Assembly: GCA_027491915.1 (NCBI GenBank) | Contig: JAOZGC010000002.1 | Coordinates: 576,001 to 640,000, forward strand | Source: Thermoproteota archaeon | Lineage (GTDB): Archaea; Korarchaeota; Korarchaeia; Korarchaeales; Korarchaeaceae | Length of the DNA stretch: 64,000 nt | Direction: 5' to 3' | Shown: one piece after another, positions 9,576-19,226 of the stretch | Layout: every line of letters begins with the position of its first letter | Position numbering within the stretch: position 1 is the first letter of the stretch | Program-made: the position numbers and the translations under genes | Notes under the pieces: model-generated | What the model saw: only the letters and a program-made list of their open reading frames with translations | The model's database searches: none | Told to the model about the DNA's origin: nothing

Positions 9576-10016
9576 TCAGGGTCTTGGTCTCAACCTGAAG
9601 ACGCACGAGTCCCCGCCGTGGGCTATGGTCTGGATCTCCTCGGAGCACCACCTGCCCCCCATGAGGGAGGCCGCGAGGGACTCCAGGAAGCTGGCCGTTA
9701 TCCTGCAGAAGAGGGGGTGCTCCGCGGCCCAGGGCATGAAGTGGCACTCCGATATGCGGACGATCATCCCGTCTCCATCGGGGCTGGCCTTTATCTCGGG
9801 CCCTCCCCTCTCCCTTATGAGCCCCGCCAGGTCACGGAAGGCCTCCCCGGGATCCCTGCCGACCACCTCGGAGGGATCCACCCTGAGGACCGTCATGAGG
9901 TTCCGCGCGGCGTTCCTGCCTATCCCGTAGCTCAAGACCTGCCTAATGAGACCCTCCCCGCCGATCGAGTCCAGGGCGGCGACGATCTCCTTCAGTAGGG
10001 AGGAGCAGTGTTCCAT
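9576..10016 (-). CDS. V4R/HNOB-like ligand-binding domain protein
   Basis: ISECHF...LFCRIT...IAHGGDSCVFRL Cys pattern of V4R-like domains; ATG at 10016. Confidence 0.7.
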   Translation of the reverse strand: MEHCSSLLKEIVAALDSIGGEGLIRQVLSYGIGRNAARNLMTVLRVDPSEVVGRDPGEAFRDLAGLIRERGGPEIKASPDGDGMIVRISECHFMPWAAEHPLFCRITASFLESLAASLMGGRWCSEEIQTIAHGGDSCVFRLRPRP

Positions 10017-10105
10017 GCAGATGGAGTGCTCCCCCTCAGGCCCGACCCCGCCCAATTCACGGGTCGCCCCCACCAGCCGATCGGCGCCACGACTTAACCA
10101 TTAAG

Positions 10106-11602
10106 TTAACCATCTGCACCCTGGCCCTTGAGGTGGGAGGGGGTCCTGACCCACGTCGCCGATCCCCCCGCCGCCGGGGCAACCTCCACCGCGGGGCACC
10201 CGGGATCCGGCCCGAGCACGCTCCCGTGGTAGGCGTAGGCCCTGGCCCTGCACCCGCCGCACACGTACCTGTACGGGCAGGAGGAGCAGGCGTAGTCCGG
10301 GGAATCTCTCCCCCTGAGGACCTCGAGGACGGGGCTCTCCCTCCAGATCCTCTCGAAGCCGTCCCTCAACACGTTGCCGACGACCACCGGGAGGAAGACG
10401 CAGGGTTGGACGTCCCCGTTGTGCTCCACGGAGCAGTAGATCCTCCCGGCGCCGCACCCCCCCAGGAGCTCCGCCAGGGCAACGGCCTGGGAGCCCCCTC
10501 CAGCCGGGACGGGGAGGTCGGCGAAGTGGGTCGGGACCACCCTGTTCCTGCCCCCCATCTCAACCTCGCCGAGGGCTATCACGGCGTAGCTGGGGGAGGT
10601 GGAGAAGACCTGGAGCCCGTTGTCCTCGACCAGCTTCCCGTAGAGGAACTCCAGCAGGTGCCCCCTCTCGGCCGCCGAGAGGTCCGCGTCCGCCATCCCG
10701 GCCCCCCTGCCGGTGGGCACGAAGTTGAACACCACCAGCCTGTCGGCCCCCAGCTCGAGCGCCAGGTCGACCATGTCCCCGATCTCCCTGTAGTTGTGCT
10801 TGGTCGCCGTCGTCGCTATGCCCACCTCCATCCCCGCGGCCTTCGCGTTCCTTATGCCCCTGACCGCGGCCTCCCAGGCTCCGGGGACCCCCCTGAACCT
10901 GTCGTGGGCCTCCGGGTTCGGGGAGTCGAGGCTGACCTCCACGTACCTGACCCCCACCTCCCTCAGCCTGCGGGCCACCGACCGGGTCAGGAGGGTCCCG
11001 TTGGTGGCGACGCTCACGTAGAATCCCCTCCTGGCGGCCTCCGCGGCCACGGGCCAGAAGTCCGGGCTGGCCAGCGGCTCTCCCCCCGAGAAGGCCAGGG
11101 CGGGGACCCCCGCCTCGTCCAGCTGCCTCAGGACCTCCATCTTCTCCCCCAGACTCAGCTCGTCCGGGGCCGGTTCCGGGCCGGCGCCGGCGTAGCAGTG
11201 CTGGCACCTCAGGTTGCACCTCTTTGTGAAGTCCCAGACCACCAGCAGGGGGGCCAGGAATCTCTGGGGCCTCGTCAGCCCGTACTCCGCCAGGCTCCCC
11301 ATCAGGTTGGCCACCCCCCTCCTGACGTAGGGGAGGGAGAGGGCCTCCCTGACGGTCGGCTCCTCCACCCCCAGCTTCGAGGCTGCCCTGTCAATCATCT
11401 TCGAGATCAGCGCGGCCGCCAGGGACTCCCTCACCCCCTCGGGCTCCCTCACCCCGGCGTACACCTCGAGCGCGGCCTCCAATCCCTTCTGAGACGGGAG
11501 CAGCCTCAGCGCGAGCGAGATCAGCCTGGCGTCCAGCGCCCTCCTCAGCCCGGCCACCAGCCCGGCCGGCCCGCCGGAGACTCGGGATCCCGCCGGCATC
11601 AT
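10106..11602 (-). CDS. Radical SAM protein with SPASM domain
   Basis: CNLRCQHC, FSGGEPL, CGAGRIYC...GDVQPC and CSSCPYRYVCGGCRARA...DPGC; start reassigned to ATG 11602/11599. Confidence 0.92.
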   Translation of the reverse strand: MMPAGSRVSGGPAGLVAGLRRALDARLISLALRLLPSQKGLEAALEVYAGVREPEGVRESLAAALISKMIDRAASKLGVEEPTVREALSLPYVRRGVANLMGSLAEYGLTRPQRFLAPLLVVWDFTKRCNLRCQHCYAGAGPEPAPDELSLGEKMEVLRQLDEAGVPALAFSGGEPLASPDFWPVAAEAARRGFYVSVATNGTLLTRSVARRLREVGVRYVEVSLDSPNPEAHDRFRGVPGAWEAAVRGIRNAKAAGMEVGIATTATKHNYREIGDMVDLALELGADRLVVFNFVPTGRGAGMADADLSAAERGHLLEFLYGKLVEDNGLQVFSTSPSYAVIALGEVEMGGRNRVVPTHFADLPVPAGGGSQAVALAELLGGCGAGRIYCSVEHNGDVQPCVFLPVVVGNVLRDGFERIWRESPVLEVLRGRDSPDYACSSCPYRYVCGGCRARAYAYHGSVLGPDPGCPAVEVAPAAGGSATWVRTPSHLKGQGADG

Positions 11603-11641
11603 ACCGGTATGCTTATGTACTGGTATATACCCATATCGGTC

Positions 11642-12088
11642 GTGCTCGAGCGCCTGTCCGACCACCACCTGAGGATACTGGACGCCCTCCTCGCCTCCGA
11701 GTCGGGCCTCTCCTTCAACAGGCTGGTCGACTCGCTCAGGGGGAGAGTTTCCAGGTCCGTGATATCCAGGGAGGTGAGGAGGCTCGTGGAGGAGGGGCTG
11801 ATCAGGACCGAGAGGGACGCGCGCCACAGGCAGAGGATCCTCTACAGGCTGGACGGCCGGATCAGGGAGCTGGCGGTCAGGATCCTGGGGAACGTCGGCC
11901 GCGCCGGCCGGGCCGGGATGGGGGTGGAGGAGGCCGTCGAGAGGATCTCCGGGTTGATCAGGAGGTACGGCGAGGTCTCCAGGGGGCTGCGGGACGGGCT
12001 GATCGCGGCCTACCTGAGGCACCGCGTGCTGGAGGAGGTGAGGGAGATCCTGCTGGCGTGGGGTCCCCTGCCCCCCTCGAATGGGTAA
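11642..12088 (+). CDS. Winged-helix transcriptional regulator (HxlR/ArsR-like)
   Basis: LSFNRLVDSL...SRSVISREVRRLVEEGLI...YRL; divergent from the radical SAM gene across a ~40-bp AT-rich gap; start may be 11609. Confidence 0.75.
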   Translation: MLERLSDHHLRILDALLASESGLSFNRLVDSLRGRVSRSVISREVRRLVEEGLIRTERDARHRQRILYRLDGRIRELAVRILGNVGRAGRAGMGVEEAVERISGLIRRYGEVSRGLRDGLIAAYLRHRVLEEVREILLAWGPLPPSNG

Positions 12089-12171
12089 TATTTGAGGCCC
12101 GCCCGGCCCCGCGGGCGCCGCGCCCGGCGCCGCGCCCGGCGGGCACCCGGTCCGGGGATCGGTGAGGCGGG

Positions 12172-13998
12172 TTGGGGGAGCTGAGGCTGTTCTTCAAGAT
12201 CAAGCACGACGTCCAGAACGACTCCGAGATCCCGCTGGCCAGGGCGGAGCTGGAGTCGATCCTGGGGGAGGGGGTGACCGAGGTCGTCAACCCGGTCGAC
12301 CTCATGGCCGGCGGCGGCCCGCTCGGCCCCCTCCTCACACCGGGGCCGCCCAGGCTCCAGGACTGGATCACCCGGCACGCGTACCCGGGCAGGGTCCAGG
12401 GATTCTACGCCGAGGTGGGGTGGAGAAGAGACCTCTCCGACCTGCTGAGGCTCTCCTACTTCCGGGAGATCTACGCGGCCGCCAGCTCCGACGAGATCCC
12501 CCCAGGCTCCGTCGGCGGGCTCATGCCCGGGATCCTGGCTAGGCCCGATCCCTCCGGCCCCCGAGAGCAGGATCTGGCCCCCTTCGCCAGGATATTCCTC
12601 CTGGACGGGCTCTGGGTCCTCAGGATCGTCCCCTTCCAGGCCATGTACGAGTTCTCTGACTTCGTGATCAGGCTGGCCAACTCCCCCCGGGACGTGGAGA
12701 GGATGTTCGAGGCCGGGATAGAGCACCTCCGGCGCGGGATCTACAGGCCCTACTCCGCCGAGTCATCCCGCCTATTCAAGACCATAGAGGACTTCATGGA
12801 CGACCGCAGGGCCCCCCAGCTCTACCTGACCCACTGGTTCTTTGGGATACACGGGAAATTCTTCCCGCGGATGATCAGGGCCGCCATGAACGCCGTGGGC
12901 CTGAGGGAGGGGGACCTGGTCCTGGACCCCTTCGCCGGATGCGGGACCCTGAACGTGGAGGCGTCCCTGATGGGGATCAGGTCCGTCGGGGTGGAGGTTA
13001 ACCCCCTCCTGGCCGAGGTGAGCAGGGTGAAGGTCCGGGCCCTGTCCATGGATCCGGAGGAGGTCGGGCGGGCGGTGAGGGAGATGGAGTCGGCCCTCTC
13101 CGGGTCGGACTGGTTGAGCTTGGAACTGGCGGCCGAGCTGGGGGCCAGGCTGCCCGAGAAGCTCAGGTCTAGGGTGAGGCCCGACTCTCTGGCCGCCGTG
13201 GCCTCGATACTGGAGGCGGCCGAGGGGGCGGGGGATCCTGACCTCCGGGCCCTCCTCAGGGTCCCCCTCATGTACTGGATGAGGAGCATGCTCACCAAGC
13301 AGGATCCGGACAGGGTTCGCAGGACGTACCTGGACCACCTCCGCCGCATGCACCACGCCCTCCTCTTCCTGGAGCTGTTCAGGGACAGGGTGGCCCCCCT
13401 AGAACCGGCGCCCGCGAAGGTGCTGGTCGGGGACTCCACGGACCTGGCGGGCGCGCTGGGGGCCGGGGCCGCCGGCGAGCTGCGCGAGGGGTTCGACGCG
13501 GCGGTTACCAGCCCGCCCTACATGACCGCCATAGACTACGTCGGGGAGCAGCTATACGCCCTCTACGTCCTCGGGTTCACCAGAGACCACCTGGAGATAG
13601 ACAGGAGGACCTTGGGATCCAAGAGGGCCGTCGACGACGCCCCAGGGCCGGAGGAGGCCGGGCTTCCCGAGTCCGTCGTCCGCCTCGTCGGGGAGATCGC
13701 CTCCAGCAGGAGGAGGCACGCCTCCGCCCTCCTGAAGTACTTCTCCGGGATCCTGAGGTCCATGGAGGGGCTGGCCAGGGTGATGAAGCCCGGGGGTCAC
13801 GTTGTCTGGGTGATAGGGAGGCGGCAGGTCATGAGGATCGGTGGCAGGAGAGTGGAGGTCCCCGTGGCAGAGCTGATGACCGAGCTGGGGTGGCGCGCGG
13901 GGCTGAGGAGGGTCGGGACCGTCCACGTGGAGCTGGCCAAGTCCTCGGAGAGGGGAGCCATCCCGACCGAGAGCCTGATATTCTTCGAGGTACCCTGA
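12172..13998 (+). CDS. Amino-methyltransferase (likely N4-cytosine DNA MTase, alpha order) with long N-terminal extension
   Basis: HGKFFP, motif I DPFAGCGT preceding motif IV VTSPPY; no adjacent endonuclease. Confidence 0.8.
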   Translation: MGELRLFFKIKHDVQNDSEIPLARAELESILGEGVTEVVNPVDLMAGGGPLGPLLTPGPPRLQDWITRHAYPGRVQGFYAEVGWRRDLSDLLRLSYFREIYAAASSDEIPPGSVGGLMPGILARPDPSGPREQDLAPFARIFLLDGLWVLRIVPFQAMYEFSDFVIRLANSPRDVERMFEAGIEHLRRGIYRPYSAESSRLFKTIEDFMDDRRAPQLYLTHWFFGIHGKFFPRMIRAAMNAVGLREGDLVLDPFAGCGTLNVEASLMGIRSVGVEVNPLLAEVSRVKVRALSMDPEEVGRAVREMESALSGSDWLSLELAAELGARLPEKLRSRVRPDSLAAVASILEAAEGAGDPDLRALLRVPLMYWMRSMLTKQDPDRVRRTYLDHLRRMHHALLFLELFRDRVAPLEPAPAKVLVGDSTDLAGALGAGAAGELREGFDAAVTSPPYMTAIDYVGEQLYALYVLGFTRDHLEIDRRTLGSKRAVDDAPGPEEAGLPESVVRLVGEIASSRRRHASALLKYFSGILRSMEGLARVMKPGGHVVWVIGRRQVMRIGGRRVEVPVAELMTELGWRAGLRRVGTVHVELAKSSERGAIPTESLIFFEVP

Positions 13999-14129
13999 TC
14001 CTTTCGGATCCGAACCTGGCCGGGTCGGCCGCGGGAGGCCGCCGGTCGCCTGACCGGTGACGCCCCCAGGACCCGCCGCGGGGACCGGCGGACGCGACTT
14101 TATAACGTCCGCCTCCCGACGTCGCCGGG

Positions 14130-14513
14130 ATGAGGGAGGAGGCCAGGCGACTGTGGCGGCAGGCCCTGGAGGACCTGGAGACGGCCAAGGTCTTGTTGAA
14201 CTCCGGCAGGTACTACGCCGCGGCCTTCTTCTCGCATCAGGCCGCCAAGAAATCTTTGAAGGCCGTCCACGTGGAGCTTAGGCGGGAGATCCCACCCAGG
14301 ACCCACAACCTGGTGGAGCTGGGTAGGGTCCTCGAGGTGGGAGACCTGATGGAGGATCTGATGGAGCTCAACCCGGAATACACGGTCTCCAGGTATCCGG
14401 ACGCCGCCAACGGCGTCCCGGCGGAGATGTACAGCGAGTCCATCGCCCGCAGGCAGGTGGAGAGGGCCGAGAGGGTGGTGAGGAGGTGCGGGGAGATCCT
14501 AAAGGCGTCTTGA
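14130..14513 (+). CDS. HEPN domain protein
   Basis: WRQALEDL...FFSHQAAKKSLKA...THNLVEL...SRYPD. Confidence 0.9.
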   Translation: MREEARRLWRQALEDLETAKVLLNSGRYYAAAFFSHQAAKKSLKAVHVELRREIPPRTHNLVELGRVLEVGDLMEDLMELNPEYTVSRYPDAANGVPAEMYSESIARRQVERAERVVRRCGEILKAS

Positions 14514-14854
14514 GCAGGCTGGCCTCGTCCCTCAGATCTTGGGATCCCTCCGTCCGCCTGATACTATTCGGCTCCCGGGCCCGCGGGGACGAACTGGTGG
14601 ACTCGGACTACGACCTGATCGTGATCTCTGAGAGGTTCTCCGGGATTCCCTTCCCACGGAGGGCGGTCGAGGTATGGAGGGTTCTCCTGAGGTCCGGAGT
14701 CCTCGGCGACTTCGAGTTCCTCTGCTACACCCCGAGGGAGTTCGAGAGGAAGGCCCGCGAGATAGGGGTGGTCTCCCTGGCCGCCCGGGAGGGGGTGAAA
14801 GTCGACCCCCGCCGGCGGGGGGGGACGGGGATCGATCGGGCTGCCGGGCCCTAG
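14486..14854 (+). CDS. Minimal nucleotidyltransferase (MNT) antitoxin
   Basis: LFGSRARGD...SDYDLIVIS; start may be TTG 14510. Confidence 0.9.
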   Translation: MRGDPKGVLSRLASSLRSWDPSVRLILFGSRARGDELVDSDYDLIVISERFSGIPFPRRAVEVWRVLLRSGVLGDFEFLCYTPREFERKAREIGVVSLAAREGVKVDPRRRGGTGIDRAAGP

Positions 14855-14909
14855 TGGGCTCGACCGGAACTGCCGTCCCCGGGATACCCTGACTCGACCC
14901 GAACCGTCC

Positions 14910-15524
14910 CTATCCGCGCCCAACCGGCCACCCCGACCCGCGGGCCGCGCAGGGCGTCTCCCAGTCGTTCAGCCTGCAGACCTCGTCCAGCCCCAGCCTC
15001 GGCCTCTGCCTGCCCTCACCGGCCGGCCTCCCCACCGGCAGCACGACCTGCAGGATCAGGTCGTCAGGCGCGCCCGCGGCCGCCGCCACGGCCGCCGGGT
15101 CCGACGGCGTGTAGGTGACCGTGCCCAGGCCGGCCTCCTCCAGGGCCAGCAGTATGTAGCCCACGGCCAGCCAGGTGGACTGGATCGAGTAGGGGGCGCC
15201 CGACTTTGAGAACACCAGCACCAAGACGGGCGCCTCCTCCAGGAAGGGCTTCTCCGGCCCGAAGCCCATGGACAGGAGCCACTCCCTCAGCCCGCCGGAG
15301 ACCCGGGAGTAGAACCTCCTCTCCCCCTCCTCCGCGGCCCTCCTGATCCTCGCCTTCACCTCGGGATCCGTCACGATCAGGAACCTCCAGGGCTGGGAGT
15401 TGGCCCCGGACGGGGCGTGCCTCGCCGCGTCCAGCGCCTTGAGAACGTCCCCGAGGCTCACCCCCTCTCCCGAGAACTCCCTGACGGTTCTCCTCCTGGC
15501 GGCCAGTTCCAGCACCGAGGGCAT
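14910..15524 (-). CDS. Nitroreductase family, iodotyrosine deiodinase-like
   Basis: RRTVREF, APSGANSQPW, EEGERRFY, EKPFL and TYTP. Confidence 0.85.
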   Translation of the reverse strand: MPSVLELAARRRTVREFSGEGVSLGDVLKALDAARHAPSGANSQPWRFLIVTDPEVKARIRRAAEEGERRFYSRVSGGLREWLLSMGFGPEKPFLEEAPVLVLVFSKSGAPYSIQSTWLAVGYILLALEEAGLGTVTYTPSDPAAVAAAAGAPDDLILQVVLPVGRPAGEGRQRPRLGLDEVCRLNDWETPCAARGSGWPVGRG

Positions 15525-15622
15525 CCCGGGGGGACGCGCCGCCCGCTTTTATAGCCGCCCGGGCCCGGCGGCCGGGCCGCCGGCCGCCCCGATCCCGACT
15601 CCGGGGACCGGGCGCCCTTAAT

Positions 15623-17521
15623 ATGGGGGCCCTCCCCTGGACCCGGATGGTCGGGGAGGAGGGACCAGGGGGGATATCGGAGAACAGGAGACTGGTGCTC
15701 GCGCTGCTCCTGGCGGTCCTGTCCGTCGGGGCGGCCACCGGGGTGCAGAGGACCGTCCTGTCTCTCTACTCCAGCGGCCTGGTGGGGGGTCCAGGCGGCC
15801 CGCTCGCCTACCTCCTGATATACCTCCCCATACTGAGCTTCGGCCTCCTGAAGGGGACCGTGGACCTGGCCGGGGGATGGCTCTCGGACAGGCTCGGCAG
15901 GAGGTGGGCGGCCGTCCTGGGGAGCGGGATCTACCTGGCCGGCGCCGCCGCCGTGGTCTGCGGCCGGGGTCTGGAGACGCTGGTGGCGGCCAACCTGCTG
16001 ATAGGGGGAGGGGAGGGCATGCTCATGGCGGCGGCCATGATAGCCCTCTCGGACGTCGGGACCCCGGGAGAGCAGGCCTTCGGCTTTGGCCTGATGGAGG
16101 GGGCCGTCTACGGGGGGTACGGGGTGGGCTCCGTCCTGGCAGGGTACGTAGCCAGCCTCAGGGGGTACCACGACGCCTTCTGGATCTCCCTCCTGGCGGC
16201 CGCCGCGGCGTTCGCCGCCGCGGCCGGGGCGTCGGACACCAGGTCGGCCGCCTGGAGGAAAAGGGCCGGATCGGGGCCGCGATCGGGATCCGGGGCCGAC
16301 ATGACCACCTTGGAGGTCTACAGGAGGTGCCTGAGGAGTTGGACGCTGAGGGCCGCCTACTTCCTGGGTCACCTGGCCAAGTTCTCCGACGCCCTGATCT
16401 GGGGAGCCTTCCCGCTGTACCTGGCCTCCCTGGGATTCGGGGAGGATACGATAGGGTGGGTTCAGGGGGCGGCAACCTTCTCCTGGGCGGCATCCATGCC
16501 CCTGGCCGGCAGGCTCTCGGACAGGCTGGGCAGGAAGGTCCCGGCGGCCGCCGGCCTGGGACTCAAGGCCCTGGGGATAGCCGGGGTCTACTACGGCGCC
16601 GGCGCCCCGGCGGTCATCGCGTCCGCCGCAGCCATAGGGGTAGGGGTCGGCATGTACTACCCGATAATGCCGGCCATCTCCGCCGACGTGGTCCCCTCCG
16701 GGGTGAGGGGCAGGGCCTTGGGCCTGTACAGGTCCCTGAGGGACTACGGGTACTTCACCGGCGCCCTGGCCCTGGCCCTGATGTCCTCCCTCGGCATGGG
16801 GTACGCCTTCCTCCTGACCGTGGCCCTGCTGGGGGCGGGCGTGCTCGTGGTTGCCCTGGGTGTCAAGGAGACCAGACCCTACTGGCCCGCCTACGAGCAG
16901 GCCGTCAGGCACGCCGAGACGGTCTTCTCCTCCGTCAGGACCCTGAGGAAGATGGTTGAGGCCCACGCCTCCGGGGACAGGGGGGAGGTGGAGAGGCTGG
17001 CCCCCTCTGTCAAGGAGCTGGAGGCCGAGGCCGACGGGATAAGGCTGGTGGTCGACAGGATACTGTGGCTCAGCCCCTTGAAGGGGCAGGATAAGGCCGA
17101 TTTCGCCAGGCTCGTCGCAAGGATGGATAGGATAGCGGCCTACGCCCTCGGTTCGTCCCGGAGGCTCGTCCTCATAGATCCGGCACGCCTGTCGGACGGG
17201 ATCAGGGAGCTCCTAGTGAAATTCGTCAGGGGGCTGGAGCTGGAGGTGGAGACCCTGGTCGGGTCCCTCAGGACCATGGGGGTCGACCTGGAGGGCTCCA
17301 TCGACTCGATAGAGAGGGTTGGGGAGATAGAGAGCGAGCTGGACTCCGTCCACGGGGAGGCCATGGAGGAGCTGGACGAGCACGGGGAGAGGCTGGACGT
17401 CCTTACCCTCCTCAACCTCAGGGACCTGATAGAGTTCATGGAGTACGCCGCCGACGTGGCTGAGGACGCCGCCGACGTCATGAGGGTCATAGTGTTCAAG
17501 CACAGCGCCTGGTCGGCCTAG
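15623..17521 (+). CDS. MFS transporter fused to C-terminal DUF47/PhoU-like domain
   Basis: Two MFS motif-A copies (GWLSDRLGRR, GRLSDRLGRK) followed by a helical KELEAEADGIR...ADVAEDAADV domain; start may be 15647. Confidence 0.85.
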   Translation: MGALPWTRMVGEEGPGGISENRRLVLALLLAVLSVGAATGVQRTVLSLYSSGLVGGPGGPLAYLLIYLPILSFGLLKGTVDLAGGWLSDRLGRRWAAVLGSGIYLAGAAAVVCGRGLETLVAANLLIGGGEGMLMAAAMIALSDVGTPGEQAFGFGLMEGAVYGGYGVGSVLAGYVASLRGYHDAFWISLLAAAAAFAAAAGASDTRSAAWRKRAGSGPRSGSGADMTTLEVYRRCLRSWTLRAAYFLGHLAKFSDALIWGAFPLYLASLGFGEDTIGWVQGAATFSWAASMPLAGRLSDRLGRKVPAAAGLGLKALGIAGVYYGAGAPAVIASAAAIGVGVGMYYPIMPAISADVVPSGVRGRALGLYRSLRDYGYFTGALALALMSSLGMGYAFLLTVALLGAGVLVVALGVKETRPYWPAYEQAVRHAETVFSSVRTLRKMVEAHASGDRGEVERLAPSVKELEAEADGIRLVVDRILWLSPLKGQDKADFARLVARMDRIAAYALGSSRRLVLIDPARLSDGIRELLVKFVRGLELEVETLVGSLRTMGVDLEGSIDSIERVGEIESELDSVHGEAMEELDEHGERLDVLTLLNLRDLIEFMEYAADVAEDAADVMRVIVFKHSAWSA

Positions 17522-18704
17522 ACTCGGGGGGCCGCCGACGTCCGGCGGTCCCGGACGGTCCGGGCGCCTCACCGGCGGGCGGCAGTGAGACCACCCTCCT
17601 CCTGCCGACCCTCTCGGAGACCACCAGGCCGAACCTCTCCAGGAGGTCGACGTTCCTCTTGACGGTCTCCGTCGACAGACCCAGCCTGGAGGCCAGCCCC
17701 CTGATGGAGGCCGGACCCTCCCCGGCCAGGGACTCGAGTATCCTCCTCCTGGTCCTGCTCCTGACGGCAGCCCTTAGCAGGGCCCCCTCCCTCCCCCCGG
17801 GGGGGAAGAACATCTTCTCCCCGACCAGGTCCTCCGAGGATAGGAGGCCCTCTCTCTCCAGCACGGAGAGGTGGTAGGCGAGGGTGGACCTGGGCAGCCC
17901 GAGCCTGGAGCTCAGCTCCCCCAGGCTGGCAGCCCCGGCGTCCCTTATCAGGGCGAAGAGCACGGCGCGCGTGGGGTGGGCCAGGGGGCCTGCCTCCGGT
18001 TCCCGCCCAGCCTCCTCCCCCGGTCCCAGCTCCCCCATCCCGAGGCCGGCGAGCAGCGCGGCGGCCCCTCCCAGCCCCAGCCCGGCCGCCAGGGGGGCCA
18101 TCCCCCCTCCGACCGGGGAGACCGAGTCCAGCACCCCCCTGACCAGGCAGGCCGCGCCGGCCGGATCCTCCGAGAGCCACTCGGTCAGGTTGGCGGCGAT
18201 CAGAACGATCTCAGGCCTTCCGCCCACCGACAGTACCGCGGGAAACCCGTTCTCGTAGACGTAGAGCAGCCTGACCCCGTCCGCCGCCACCTCGTACCTC
18301 TCCACCCCAGCGGGGACCGGCACCTCCATCAGCCTGCCCGGGACCTCCCCCCACGGGATGGCTGTCCCCGGGGCCCGATAGACCCCGAGGACCTCTACGT
18401 GGGATCCGCTCGGGATCAGAACCGTTCCGACCTCGGCCAGGACCATCCTCGCCCCCTCCGGGATTCCGCTCAGGCCGGAGAAGGTGACGACCAGGTCTCC
18501 GCCGGGAGATGCGGTCCAGACCACGCCGCAGGTCCCGTTCGAATATCTCAGGGCCTCCAAGATGCCCCGAGGCGGCGACGCCAGGAGAGCCCTCCTGGTC
18601 CCCCCGCCCGGCGGCCAGGACCGACCGACGGCCGCCGATAAGGCCGCCGCGGCGAGGGCGGTCAGCACCGCGCAGGCGGCGATCCTCCTCCCCCTCCCCC
18701 CCAT
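17496..18704 (-). CDS. Membrane-anchored regulator: signal peptide, extracellular domain, TM helix, tandem ArsR-type wHTH
   Basis: N-terminal hydrophobic leader, second TM (LAAGLGLGGAAALLAGL), HPTR...STLAYHLSVLEREGL and SRTRRRIL...ETVKRNVDLLERFGLV. Confidence 0.8.
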   Translation of the reverse strand: MGGRGRRIAACAVLTALAAAALSAAVGRSWPPGGGTRRALLASPPRGILEALRYSNGTCGVVWTASPGGDLVVTFSGLSGIPEGARMVLAEVGTVLIPSGSHVEVLGVYRAPGTAIPWGEVPGRLMEVPVPAGVERYEVAADGVRLLYVYENGFPAVLSVGGRPEIVLIAANLTEWLSEDPAGAACLVRGVLDSVSPVGGGMAPLAAGLGLGGAAALLAGLGMGELGPGEEAGREPEAGPLAHPTRAVLFALIRDAGAASLGELSSRLGLPRSTLAYHLSVLEREGLLSSEDLVGEKMFFPPGGREGALLRAAVRSRTRRRILESLAGEGPASIRGLASRLGLSTETVKRNVDLLERFGLVVSERVGRRRVVSLPPAGEAPGPSGTAGRRRPPESRPTRRCA

Positions 18705-18762
18705 GCTCGCCGCCGGACGGGCGGGTCATCGATTTACGCTTTCCCGACCGGGCCGGGTCCAC

Positions 18763-19224
18763 TCACTCCCAGGTGATCCCCCGTATGACCACCAGACCCT
18801 CCCTCTCAAGCCTGAGCAGGGCGGCCGTTATCTCGAACACGCTAACCCCCCACTCCTCTGCCAGCTGGGCGGGGGTGAAGACCGCGTGCTCCGCCAGGTA
18901 GCCCAGGAGCCTGAGCTCCAGCTCCCCCAGGTCGCCCGCCTCGGCGGCCGCGGAGGTGACCCCAACCATCAGCCTGTACCTGGTGGGCACCGACGGGAGG
19001 ACCTCGGAGTGGTAGCTCGACAGGCCGGCGAAGACGCCGGCGAGCGCGGCCAGAGCGGCGGAGACGACCACCTGGACCTCGCTCAGCCAGGACGAGAGGA
19101 CCGCCACAACCATGAGGGACAGGGCCGAGACGGCCAGCCCCATCTCCAGCGCCGCGGCCGTCCTCCTCCTCTTCCTCCTCCTGAGGGCCTCGTCCAACCC
19201 CAGGATTCCCCCTCTCCTCATCAA
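18763..19224 (-). CDS. Two-TM membrane protein with C-terminal wHTH
   Basis: Two hydrophobic helices, then FTPAQLAEEWGVSVFEITAALLRLEREGLV; 2 nt after the giant gene. Confidence 0.7.
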   Translation of the reverse strand: MMRRGGILGLDEALRRRKRRRTAAALEMGLAVSALSLMVVAVLSSWLSEVQVVVSAALAALAGVFAGLSSYHSEVLPSVPTRYRLMVGVTSAAAEAGDLGELELRLLGYLAEHAVFTPAQLAEEWGVSVFEITAALLRLEREGLVVIRGITWE

Positions 19225-19226
19225 GG

